A stretch of 64,000 bases of DNA, from the NCBI GenBank assembly GCA_963771175.1, contig CAVYSY010000033.1, positions 352,001 through 416,000 of the forward strand, in the 5' to 3' direction. Below are positions 1 through 9,089 of the stretch, piece after piece. Position 1 is the first letter of the stretch, and the number at the start of each line of letters is the position of its first letter. The translations under genes were made by a program, and so were the position numbers. This stretch comes from an uncultured delta proteobacterium (lineage in GTDB: Bacteria > Myxococcota > Myxococcia > Myxococcales > Myxococcaceae). A model generated the notes under the pieces. It was not told the DNA's origin. It did not search any database and saw only the letters and a list, made by a program, of their open reading frames with translations.

Positions 1-751
1 CGAGAAGGGCCGCGCCCACGGGCAGGCCCGCGGCGCCAGGAGAGCGCGCGCCGGGGGTGAGGTCGAAGAGGTGGACAGCGAAGCCGCGCTGCCCCAGAGC
101 CCCGGCGAGCGCCGCCGTGCGGGGAGCACCCTTCTCCAGTCCCGAGGGGCGCAGCATGCGCGAGCGAAGCGCCTCCTCCGTCCAACCGTCCGGGAGGAGG
201 CGTGCGAGCTGGTCGCGCTCCGTCGCCTCCAGCAGCGCGTGCAGGAGCGCCCGCGAGCGCTCGGAGTGGGCGCCCGAGCCGTTGCTCGTCCACTGGACGC
301 TCACCGGGCCGAGAGCCGGCGCTCCCGTGGGCGGGCAGTACACGCCCTGGGCGGGGACGAGCACGGGCGCACCCGAGTGCAGCTCGGTCGCCTCGCGCCA
401 CGCGCAGCGCACCTCGCGGCCCCACAGGCGAGGAACGACTACCGCGCCCCGAGTGCCAAGGGCCTCGGCCCCCCAGGCGGCGCGCCCCCGGGCCTCCAGC
501 CCCGCCAGGGACCCCCAGAGGAGCCGCTCCGGCGGCACCGTCTCCGCGGCCCACAGTTCCGCCGTCTCCAGGAGGGCCCCGGCCTTCGCGGCCTGGAAAT
601 CCAAGCCCTTCCCATTGCACACCTGCAGCACGTAGCCGCCTGGACGCACGGCGGCGGCCACCTCCACGCCCGCCCGGTCCAGCCCGGTCACCCGCGCCAC
701 CCGGGTGACGCCGAGCGCGCGGGCGAGCCGGTCGAGGAAGGAAGGTGTCAA
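1..751 (-). CDS. YcaO-like family protein, N-terminal part (runs off the window edge)
   Basis: Not in the ORF track. Manual minus-strand translation from TTG at 751 gives MTPSFLDRLARALGVTRVARVTGLDRAGVEVAAAVRPGGYVLQVCNGKGLDFQAAKAGALLETAE, matching the YcaO pattern GITR..TGLD..G...GKG....A..E..E. Confidence 0.8.
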   Translation of the reverse strand, partial: MTPSFLDRLARALGVTRVARVTGLDRAGVEVAAAVRPGGYVLQVCNGKGLDFQAAKAGALLETAELWAAETVPPERLLWGSLAGLEARGRAAWGAEALGTRGAVVVPRLWGREVRCAWREATELHSGAPVLVPAQGVYCPPTGAPALGPVSVQWTSNGSGAHSERSRALLHALLEATERDQLARLLPDGWTEEALRSRMLRPSGLEKGAPRTAALAGALGQRGFAVHLFDLTPGARSPGAAGLPVGAALL

Positions 752-857
752 AGGGGTTACAGGAGGGAGGGGCACGGCGGAGCTCGGGGGCGGGAAGTGC
801 GTGGGCCTGGCGGCGGGAAGCATGCTAGGGGAGGCCGGGCCCAGGAGGAGGAAGAAG

Positions 858-1325
858 ATGCTCGACGTGGGAGATGCCGCCCCGGACTTCTCCGGGACCG
901 ATTGCCAGGGACGCGCCTTCTCGCTCTCCGCGATGCGGGGGCGGCGGGTGGTGCTCTTCTTCTTCCCCAAGGCCTTCACCATCGGCTGTACCGAGGAGAC
1001 GCGGCACTTCCGCGACAACCACGAGCACATCCGGGCGCTCGGAGCGGAGCTGGTGGGCGTGTCGGTGGACACGGTGAAGACGCAGTGCGCCTTCGCCGAG
1101 CAGGAGAACATCCACTTCCCGCTGCTGGGCGACGAGGAGCGCACCATCAGCAAGGCGTATGACGTGCTCTGGCCCGTGCTGAACGTGGACCGGCGCGTCA
1201 CCTACATCATCGACCCGAGCGGATACATCGAGACGGTCATCCGCCACGAGGTGCGCGTCTACCGGCATCTGGACGACGTGCTGCGCTACCTGCGGGAGCA
1301 CCCGCTGGAGGCGGCGGGCGCCTAG
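858..1325 (+). CDS. bcp: Peroxiredoxin, BCP/PrxQ family
   Basis: VGDAAPDF start and PxxxTxxC motif (FFPKAFTIGC); GGAGG RBS upstream of ATG 858. Confidence 0.88.
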   Translation: MLDVGDAAPDFSGTDCQGRAFSLSAMRGRRVVLFFFPKAFTIGCTEETRHFRDNHEHIRALGAELVGVSVDTVKTQCAFAEQENIHFPLLGDEERTISKAYDVLWPVLNVDRRVTYIIDPSGYIETVIRHEVRVYRHLDDVLRYLREHPLEAAGA

Positions 1326-1370
1326 GGTTCACAGGAGCAGAGGTACTCGTGGTAGCGAGCTTTCGCGCTG

Positions 1371-1941
1371 TCAGTGCGCGTCGAGCTCTCCCAGACGCTT
1401 CTCCAGGTCCTCGCCGAGCTCCGTCGGCCGGCGCAGCACCGAGGCCATCAGGACCACCGTGCCATCCGTCCGGTCGACACGGGTATGCACCTGACGAAAG
1501 CCCTCCTGGAGATCCTGCATGAGTTGTCCGCGCAGTTTATCGCCCCACTCGTAGAACAGGCCCTCCCAGTCCCTCGAGCCACCCTTCCTGTGTGGCCATC
1601 CGGACTTCCAGAGCGCCCATCCGCCCCTCCAGCTTGTCCATCCGGGACTCCAGCTTGTCCATCCGGGACTCCAGCTTGTCCATCCGGGACTCCAGCTTGT
1701 CCATCCGGGACTCCAGCTTGTCCATCCGGGACTCCAGCTTGTCCATCCGGGATTCCAGCTTGTCCATCCGGGCGTTCAGACCCTCCATCTGAGCGCCCAG
1801 ACCCTGCACCTGAGCGCTCAGACCCTGCACCTGAGCGCCCAGACCCTGCACCTGAGCGCTCAGACCCTGCACCTGAGCGCCCAGACCCTGCACGGCCTTC
1901 AGGATCTCGGCGCCCATCTCGCCACTCATCGTCTCCACCAT
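1371..1941 (-). CDS. Heptad-repeat coiled-coil hypothetical protein with one apparent frameshift near 1565
   Basis: VQGL(G/S)AQ and MDKLESR heptads. Removing one G in ctgggagggc extends the frame into FYEWGDKLRGQLMQDLQEGFRQVH...ELDAH* (stop at 1371). Confidence 0.65.
1627..1772. repeat. 21-bp tandem repeat CTCCAGCTTGTCCATCCGGGA, 7 copies (coding, MDKLESR)
   Basis: Directly visible; no spacers. Confidence 0.95.
1777..1893. repeat. 21-bp tandem repeat CAGACCCTGCACCTGAGCGC(T/C), about 5 copies plus a degenerate one (coding, VQGL(G/S)AQ)
   Basis: Directly visible; the two variants alternate. Confidence 0.9.
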
Positions 1942-2148
1942 CGTCGCTCCCTCCTCGCCCTCCCGGGCAGTCCATGAGCCGCCCTGACCCGCGACTCGCA
2001 GCATGGCGGAGCCTTCCGCCAGCGCGAGCACCAATATAACCTTTCAAGTAGGGTCCACGCAACTACCTGGCAGAACACCCGCCCCCGCCGGGACGTCCGC
2101 GAGAAAAATCGCCTTTAACTTTTCGCCGGCTCCGGGGTTTGTAGGGGC

Positions 2149-2766
2149 GTGAGGGCCCTGGACCCATCCCTGGCGCTGATGGAGGCCGCCACCGAGCCGA
2201 GTGACGAGGCGCTGTGCCGCGCCTTCCTGGCGGGTGATCAGGCGGCCTTTGGCACGCTGGTGGAGCGACACCGGGCCCTGATCTTCTCCCTGATGCGGCG
2301 CTACGCGACCCGGCCCGAGGACGCGGCGGACCTCGCCCAACAGGCGTTCCTGCGAGCCCTGGAGGCCTCTCGCCGCGTCTTCTCCCGCTGGAGCCCCACC
2401 GGCCCCACGCCCTTCCGGGCCTGGCTGGTCCGCATCGCGCTCAACCTGGCGAAGAACCACGCCCGCCAGGGACTGCGCTGGCGCCGGATGGAACTGGTGG
2501 AGGTGACAGAGGCCGCCGCCCCGGACGAGTCCGCGCAGGAGGCCCTGGAGCGCGCCGAGCGGGAGCGACAGGTACGCGCCGCGGTGCTCGCCCTGCCCCG
2601 CCGCCAGCGGGAGGTGCTGACGCTCCGGGTGGACGGAGGGCTCGGCTTCCGAGAGATCGCCGAGACGCTCGGCATCACCGAGACGAACGCGAAGGTGAAT
2701 TTCCATCACGCCGTGAAGCGCCTGCGGGCGCAGGTGGCGGACACGCCCGAGGAGGGGCGCCCATGA
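2149..2766 (+). CDS. ECF RNA polymerase sigma factor
   Basis: Region 2 (DAADLAQQAFLRA, FRAWLVRIALN) and region 4 (LPRRQREVLTLR...FREIAETLGI). Confidence 0.92.
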   Translation: MRALDPSLALMEAATEPSDEALCRAFLAGDQAAFGTLVERHRALIFSLMRRYATRPEDAADLAQQAFLRALEASRRVFSRWSPTGPTPFRAWLVRIALNLAKNHARQGLRWRRMELVEVTEAAAPDESAQEALERAERERQVRAAVLALPRRQREVLTLRVDGGLGFREIAETLGITETNAKVNFHHAVKRLRAQVADTPEEGRP

Positions 2767-3308
2767 GCGCGTGCAGAGACCAGGAGGAACTGCTCACCCT
2801 CCATGCCACGGGGGCACTGGAGCCCGAGGACGAGACTCGGGTGCGCGCGCACCTGGAGTCCTGCGCGGCGTGCCGGGCCGAGGTGGAGGCCCTGCGCGAG
2901 GTACTCGGGCTCGCGGCGCTGCCCCCTCCGTCGGTCCGGGAGGAGGCCCTGCTGGCGGCGCTGCCCCGGAAGACCGCGGATGCCTGGCTGAGCACCCAGC
3001 TCCGGCAGGCGGCGCGAATGCGGACCGCCGGGGCGCTCCTGGCGGCGGCCGCCGTGCTGCTGCTGGCACTCGGACCGATGGTGCAGCGGCGTGTGGCCCC
3101 ACGCGCACTGCCGGCCGAGGTGGAGCTGACCACCAGCCCCGCCGAAGAAACCCCGTCCGAGCTGGAGCAGTGGGCCCTGTCGGATCCGCTGGCCGACGCA
3201 CTCGACCCGGCCGAGGTGCAACTCGAGGAGCTCGACGACGACACCGAGCCCTCGGATTCCGAGTTCGAGGATTTCCTGTCCTACCCCCATCCTGGAGAGT
3301 CGCTGTGA
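2763..3308 (+). CDS. Zinc-finger (ZAS, zf-HC2) anti-sigma factor with one TM helix
   Basis: HLESCAAC motif, a hydrophobic segment, and ATGA overlap with the sigma gene. Confidence 0.85.
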   Translation: MSACRDQEELLTLHATGALEPEDETRVRAHLESCAACRAEVEALREVLGLAALPPPSVREEALLAALPRKTADAWLSTQLRQAARMRTAGALLAAAAVLLLALGPMVQRRVAPRALPAEVELTTSPAEETPSELEQWALSDPLADALDPAEVQLEELDDDTEPSDSEFEDFLSYPHPGESL

Positions 3309-3850
3309 TGAAGCCCTTTCGACTGGCGGTGCTGACCCTCACCCTGCTCCCCCTGGTGGCGCTGGCCGCGCCGCCCGAGGGAAGTGAGGCCACGGAACGC
3401 GCGGAGAAGCAGACGCGGATGATGCGGGTGCTCAGGCTGGCGGAGGAGCTGGAGCTGAACGAGTCCCAGGCGCTGAAGATGGCGGAGACGATGCGCCAGT
3501 TCGACGAGAAGCGGCGGCCCCTGCTGGAGCAGGTGCGCGACTCGGCCCAGGTGCTGAAGCGGGCCGCGGAGGGAGACGCCTCGGCGCAGTCGCAGGTGGA
3601 CCCGTCGGTACAGCGGGTGTTCGACGCGCGGGCGCAGCTCACGACGCTGGACCGCGACATGTACCAGGCGCTCGCGAAGGACCTGCCTCCGCAGAAGCGG
3701 GCGCAGCTCGCCATCTTCATGGCCCGTCACGAGGGCAAGCTGATGAAGCATGTGCGGAGATTGGAGCGCGAGGACCGGCGGCAGGAGCGCATGCAGCGCC
3801 AGCAGGAGCGGATGAAGCACATGCAGCAGCGTGGCGCCGGCGGCCAGTAG
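3308..3850 (+). CDS. Exported helical protein, possibly Spy/CpxP-like
   Basis: Signal peptide MKPFRLAVLTLTLLPLVALA; LELNESQ and LPPQKRAQ resemble LTxxQ motifs; TGATG coupling with the upstream gene. Confidence 0.6.
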   Translation: MKPFRLAVLTLTLLPLVALAAPPEGSEATERAEKQTRMMRVLRLAEELELNESQALKMAETMRQFDEKRRPLLEQVRDSAQVLKRAAEGDASAQSQVDPSVQRVFDARAQLTTLDRDMYQALAKDLPPQKRAQLAIFMARHEGKLMKHVRRLEREDRRQERMQRQQERMKHMQQRGAGGQ

Positions 3851-3867
3851 GCCCGAGCACCCCGGCC

Positions 3868-4842
3868 CTACACGCGCACCAGCAGGGCCATCTGGTGCGC
3901 GCCGATGCCGAGGCCCAGGAGGACGAGGTACTTCGTGCGCAGCTCGCGGTGGTAGCGGGCCAGGGTGACGGGGATGGAGGCGAGCACCATGTTGCCGCAG
4001 TCCTCCATCGTGTGCAGGTACTCGCGGGGGCGGATCTTCTCGTTCCAGTGGTCGAGCAGCTTGCGCGTAGCCTGGTGTGACACGAGGGTGATGTCGTCCC
4101 CGGTGAGGCCGTGCTTGCGCAGCAGCCGCTCGACGAGCCTCGGCGGCCCGTCCATGCCGGTGAGCAGGAAGGCCTCCAGGCCCCGGGAGGGCTCCAGCCC
4201 ATACACGGGTTTGTCGAAGCCCGCCTCGGGGCGGGGGCGCAAGGTCATCGCCCCGTACTCGTCGCTGAAGGTGTCGGCGGCGTAGTCCACCAGGACGAGC
4301 CGCTCCCCGGGCCCGAGCACGGCCGCGCCGGCCCCCTCTCCAATCCCGAAGGCGTGACCCTGGGAGTAGTCCAGGTTCTGCGTCCACCTGGAGCCCACCG
4401 CCACGAGCGCCCGCTCCGAGCGCCCGGCGAGCATCGCCTCCCAGGCCAGCACGGCGCCCATGATGAAGTTGCCGAAGTCGGCCTGCACCGGCACCACCAG
4501 CGCGTGCGAGCCCAGCCCCAGCTCCCGGTGCACCTGGTAGAGCTCGTTGGGGGAGATGAACTCGGACACGGCGAGGTAGCCGTAGAGCCGGTCCACCTGC
4601 TCGGGCGACACGCCCGCGTCATCCAGGGCCACTCGCCCCGCCTTCGCGGTGAGCGAGGCCAGCGACTCGCCCGGCCCCAGGTACCGGTGCTCGCGGTTGC
4701 CATAGAAGAGCGAGGCCTCGGACACCCCTTGGGCCCGGGCCGCCTCGCGGATGCGGTCGAAGATGGGGTCGGCACTGGTGCGCACCTGCTCCGGCAGTGC
4801 CGCGCCAAGGCCCAGGAAGGCAATCGAAGGGCGTGTCATCAT
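3868..4842 (-). CDS. 3-oxoacyl-ACP synthase III (FabH/KASIII)-like protein
   Basis: GEGAGA, SHQAT and GNMVLASIP motifs; the catalytic Cys position reads QADFGNF. Confidence 0.8.
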   Translation of the reverse strand: MMTRPSIAFLGLGAALPEQVRTSADPIFDRIREAARAQGVSEASLFYGNREHRYLGPGESLASLTAKAGRVALDDAGVSPEQVDRLYGYLAVSEFISPNELYQVHRELGLGSHALVVPVQADFGNFIMGAVLAWEAMLAGRSERALVAVGSRWTQNLDYSQGHAFGIGEGAGAAVLGPGERLVLVDYAADTFSDEYGAMTLRPRPEAGFDKPVYGLEPSRGLEAFLLTGMDGPPRLVERLLRKHGLTGDDITLVSHQATRKLLDHWNEKIRPREYLHTMEDCGNMVLASIPVTLARYHRELRTKYLVLLGLGIGAHQMALLVRV

Positions 4843-4997
4843 CCCGGAAATCAGCACATTCAGGCGGCCCTGCCCAGCATACAGATGCACGCCCGCCGAG
4901 AGAGCGGGCATGCGCCGCTGCGAGCCCGCCTCCAGGCCGCCGACCGCGGCGCCAGCACCGAGCTGCTCCCGCCCCCGGGGTCCTTCCTGAGGTGCTC

Positions 4998-5573
4998 ATG
5001 TCCGCCACGATTCGTTTCCACGCATCCCTCGTGCCCCTCGCCGTCCTGCTGCTCCTCTCGGGCTGCTGTGAGACCTCGGGAGAGGTCTCCGGCCGCGTGG
5101 GCTCCGAGGCCATCCCGGGTCCGGTCGATCCCTCCTGCGGGTTCGGACTGCGCTACCCCCAGACGTCCGGGGAGAAGACCAACGCCCTGCTCGAGCTCAG
5201 CGCCGCGGGTGGGCGGCTCGCCTTCCGCGCGGAGCTCGCGGACGTGCGGCGCCCTGGCACCAAGGTGTACCTGCTGCCCGAGCCCGGAGGCACCAGCGCG
5301 GACGTGCCGGGCTTCAAGCTCCACCGTCCCGAGCTCGCTCCCCGCATGACCCGGGGAGAGCTCCGCATCCACAACGAGGGCACAGGCGACCTGCGCGGCG
5401 ACTTCACCTTCGACTTCGAGGGCGGCTCACACGCCGAGGGAACCTTCACGGTGTGCAGCGACCCGAGCCTCGACATCGGTGCCCCCTCTTCGAGCCCTGA
5501 CGGGGGCGGCGGTGGCAGTGGCGGCGGGAGTGGCGATGGGGACGACGACCACTGGTGGGACGACTGGGACTGA
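4998..5573 (+). CDS. Hypothetical lipoprotein
   Basis: Lipobox LLSG-C after a hydrophobic stretch; Gly-rich acidic tail ending DDDHWWDDWD. Confidence 0.65.
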   Translation: MSATIRFHASLVPLAVLLLLSGCCETSGEVSGRVGSEAIPGPVDPSCGFGLRYPQTSGEKTNALLELSAAGGRLAFRAELADVRRPGTKVYLLPEPGGTSADVPGFKLHRPELAPRMTRGELRIHNEGTGDLRGDFTFDFEGGSHAEGTFTVCSDPSLDIGAPSSSPDGGGGGSGGGSGDGDDDHWWDDWD

Positions 5574-5597
5574 TGGCGCGGTGGGCCCGCCCGACGC

Positions 5598-6515
5598 TCA
5601 GAAGGCGACGGGGATGTCGAGCTGGACGATGGAGTACTTCAGCTTCGACATCGGAGCGTCGAGCGCGAAGGCATAGGCCAGTCCCGGGCGAAGGGTGAGG
5701 CCGTCCCGCAGCTTCACATGGAAGCGGGGGCCGACGGCCACGGTGAGGTTGTCGCGCAGCTCGGGCGAGGTGACGCTGGCGGGAGTAGAGAGCCAGCGCT
5801 GGTAGCGCACCTCGCCGCCGAGCGACATCACCGGGAGCACGAAGTACCCGAGGTGCACCCCCGAGGTGAAGTTCGTCTTCGAGCGATCCGTCTGCACCGC
5901 CTCGCCCCGGACACGGGTGAGCTGGAGGACGGTGGCCTCCAGCTGGGCGGTGAATCCCCCAGCGGTATAGGAGAGGCCCACGCCGGGGAACACGGTGAAG
6001 TCATTCACCGCGAACATGGCGTTGTCCATGGCGGAGCGAGCCAGCACGCCCGAGCGCGTGGCGGCGACCACCGAGGCTTCGGGCTCGTTGCCACCGGACA
6101 TGCCCACCGGGAGGGTGAAACCCAGGAAGAGGGCCAGCCGCAGCGAGTCGTTCAGCGGGAGCGCGTAGGTGGCGCCCAGGGCCGGGTTCACGAAGGAGGA
6201 GCCGCTCGGACCCGTGGCCGGACTGTTGCGCACCGCCCCCAGGCGGACGAAGGGGGCGAGCTGGGGCGTCACCTTGTAGGAGGCCAGCAGCATGGAGGCC
6301 ACGGTGACGCCCTGGCCGCCGTCCACCGGCTGGTTGAGCGCCAGGGTCGTGTCGGAGCGCACGACATTGAGCGCCGCCGTGGGGCGAAGCTGCCACGGCA
6401 CCGAGTACGGCGCGGGCGTGGCCGCCCGGGAGGCCGCGGGCGCGAGCAGCGTCACCGCGGCGAGCACGGCCGCCTTCACGCGGCCCGGAGTGGTACGGAG
6501 CGACTGGGAAAGCAT
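5598..6515 (-). CDS. Putative outer-membrane beta-barrel protein
   Basis: Signal peptide, amphipathic beta-strand pattern and C-terminal Phe (QLDIPVAF). It is the distal part of ORF 5598..7457. Confidence 0.6.
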   Translation of the reverse strand: MLSQSLRTTPGRVKAAVLAAVTLLAPAASRAATPAPYSVPWQLRPTAALNVVRSDTTLALNQPVDGGQGVTVASMLLASYKVTPQLAPFVRLGAVRNSPATGPSGSSFVNPALGATYALPLNDSLRLALFLGFTLPVGMSGGNEPEASVVAATRSGVLARSAMDNAMFAVNDFTVFPGVGLSYTAGGFTAQLEATVLQLTRVRGEAVQTDRSKTNFTSGVHLGYFVLPVMSLGGEVRYQRWLSTPASVTSPELRDNLTVAVGPRFHVKLRDGLTLRPGLAYAFALDAPMSKLKYSIVQLDIPVAF

Positions 6516-6526
6516 GGGGTGTGACC

Positions 6527-7962
6527 TCACTCGCCCTTCGGGGCGGCCGTCTGCAGCACCGGCTGCTGCTTGCGCAGCGCGTTCTGGCCGAGCCGCGAGA
6601 AGTTGATGGACTCGCCCGAGGATGCGCGCCGCCTCCTGCGGGCGCGTGGAAGCCGGTCGAGTTCTCCGCCTCGACGAAGTCGAGGTAGAACTGGGCCTTG
6701 CGCTGGAAGTCGCGGGCCTCGGCCAGCTCGGTCGTCCGAGGCGCCCGCGTCCTTGCGCGCCTCGATGTCCTCGATGAGGTCCACCAGCGCGTCCATGGCC
6801 ATGTTGCGCAGCTCGAAGTGACGCGGTCCTGGATGGTCTCGACCCGCGCCTTGAGCTCCTGCCTCGGACCACTTGTGGCAGGTCTGGCAGGCGCGGTTGA
6901 TGTTGAGCAGCGGGCTGCGCACGTGGTGGTCGCTGATCTTCATCGCGCCCTCGCGCTTGTAGGGCATGTGGCAATCGGCGCAGGCCACGCCGGAGCGGGC
7001 GTGGATGCCCTGGTTCCACATCTCGAACTCGGGGTGCTGCGCCTTGAGCACCGGCGCGCCGGTCTCGGCGTGCATCCAGTCCTTGTGCCCGATCTCCTCG
7101 TAGTAGGCCAGGATGTCGTCGACCTTCAGGCCCTTGGCCCACGGATAGGTCGAGCCGCTTCTCCGGGCCCTTGAAGTAGTACTCGACGTGGCACTGGCCG
7201 CAGACGTACGCGCGCATCTCCTGGCGCGTGGCCATCGTGTTGACGTCGTAGTTCGGGACGCCCTGCGCCGCCTTGAGCGCGCGGATGCCCTCGATGAAGC
7301 CGGGCCGCGTGACGCGCAGCTGCATCGTCTTCGGGTCGTGGCAGTCGATGCAGGCGACCGGGTGCTCCACCAGCTTGCGCGCCTCCGCGTAGGGCATCTG
7401 GTTCATCTTCTCGAAGCCCTTGATGAGGTCGCCGTCGCCCAGCTTCTTGTAGGGCACGTAGACCGAGGCGTGGCAGTGCAGGCAGGTGCCGGGCTGCTTC
7501 GCGACGTGCTGGCGCTCGGTGTAGCGTCTGGTCGTCGAGCATGTAGGCGTGGCCGCGCTCCTCGCGGAAGTCCACGGCGAAGGCGTAGCCGGCCCACATC
7601 GTCTTCAGGCGCGGGTCCTCCTCGAGCCGCGACTGCGCCACGACCGAGCGCGGGTCCGCCTGCGGTGGGCGTGCGCGGCACCGCCTCGCTGCCGCCGTAG
7701 CGCGTGCGCACCTGGTCGACCGTGCGCCGGTAGCCGTCGTACTGCAGCGGGAAGTTCTTCCCCCAGACCGCCGGGTCCTCGGTGTCGTCGGTCGAGCTCG
7801 ACGACGCGGAAGAAGGGGTTGCGCGCCTCCTGCTTGCGCTCGAAGATGTTGACCAGCAGCGCCGTGGCGGTCACCGCGCCGCGCGGCCGCGATGAGTGCC
7901 GCGAGGATGGCGAGCCGGGTCTTCCGGCGTCTCGGCTCCGGCTGTGTCGTGGGGTTGCTCAT
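6527..7962 (-). CDS. nrfA: Ammonia-forming cytochrome c nitrite reductase NrfA (pentaheme), with multiple apparent frameshifts
   Basis: Across frames: [61 protein letters not shown]. Confidence 0.9.
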
Positions 7963-8488
7963 GGTTGGGTCTCCTGTGACCGAAGCCCGGGCTGGCCCAG
8001 CCCTTCCGGGTGGCCCACCGAGTTGTGGCAGCGAAGGCACGAGCGTCTCTGGCGCGCCGTGAGGCGGCCTCGATCGGCTCCACGATCTCGGCGTGGCACT
8101 TGCGGCAGGCCTGCTCGGTCACCTCGCGGTTGCCGGGGCGGATCTGGATGGGCTCGTGGAAGCTGCCGGTGGTGAAGTCGAACGAGTGCCAGAAGCCGTT
8201 GGACGCCTTGGTCGCGTACTTGCCGACCAGGCCCGGCGGCGTGTGGCAGTCGTTGCAGGTGGCCACCGCGTGGTGGCTCGACTTCATCCAGCCGTCGTAC
8301 TGCTCGCGCATGACGTGGCAGTTGGCGCAGGCGGCCGGGTCGTTGGTGAGGTACGAGTAGCCCTTCGCGTAGATGAAGGTGAAACCGCCAATACCGATGG
8401 CGAGGCCCACACACGCGCCCAATGCGATGAGCAGCCAGGAGCGAGCGCTCAGGGCACCTCCCACCGTCCTCTCCGTTGCGCGTTCCAT
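7959..8488 (-). CDS. nrfH: Cytochrome c nitrite reductase small subunit NrfH (tetraheme), frameshift near the 3' end
   Basis: N-terminal TM helix, SYLTNDPAACANCH, CNDCH and CRKCH, plus CLRCHNSVGH in an adjacent frame; overlaps the nrfA start. Confidence 0.9.
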
Positions 8489-8625
8489 GCGCCACGGGGA
8501 CTTCAATTCCCGGGCCACGGGTGTTCGCACGGAAACACTGCCTCCGGAATGCATAATTTGCGTGCTGGGGGGAGTGCTCGGAGAAACTTGCGCGGGGGGA
8601 CAGCACGGTTGCCCTCCCCCGCCCG

Positions 8626-9075
8626 CTACTCGGGCACCAGACCCAGCTCGCGCCGGACTCGCTCGGCGGACTCGTGCAGACCCGAGAGCTCCAGCCGGTT
8701 GAGGGCCCACGCCAGCGCCTGACCCTCACGCGAAGCGATGCTGTACGGATAGGACGGCCGCTTCAGATGGAAGACGACGCCCAGCGACAGCCGGAGCACG
8801 GGACCGGGAGCGATATAGGCGATGCCGAGCACCGTCCGTCGAAAGAGCTCATCATGCTCCCGGAACCAGTCCACCTGACGTTGGCGCTGCTCGGTTGACA
8901 TCTTGCCAGCCCGGCACAGGTCGGTGATGACGACGTGGGGTTCCTCGCGGCGCAGGAAGCGAAGCCCCTCGGTGAGGTAGTCCTCGAACTCCTGGTTCGA
9001 CGGATCTCCCACGAAGCGGCTGATGAGCAGCGGCCAGTGCGAATCATCGAAAACGCAGAACCGGGAGGCGCTCAT
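8626..9075 (-). CDS. Small hypothetical protein, possibly STAS/SEC14-like
   Basis: Clean 149-aa alpha/beta ORF (WPLLI...VITDL...GIAYI) 14 bp downstream of the kinase gene. Confidence 0.6.
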   Translation of the reverse strand: MSASRFCVFDDSHWPLLISRFVGDPSNQEFEDYLTEGLRFLRREEPHVVITDLCRAGKMSTEQRQRQVDWFREHDELFRRTVLGIAYIAPGPVLRLSLGVVFHLKRPSYPYSIASREGQALAWALNRLELSGLHESAERVRRELGLVPE

Positions 9076-9089
9076 GGAAGGGGCAGGAG

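Noticed and set aside
1627..1893. Possible CRISPR array
   Set aside because: The units are directly adjacent with no unique spacers, are in-frame coding heptads, and no cas genes are present.
5598..7457. 619-aa ORF suggesting a cytochrome-porin fusion
   Set aside because: Produced by nrfA frameshifts reading into the downstream gene's frame; nrfA has its own stop at 6527 and the barrel has its own signal peptide.
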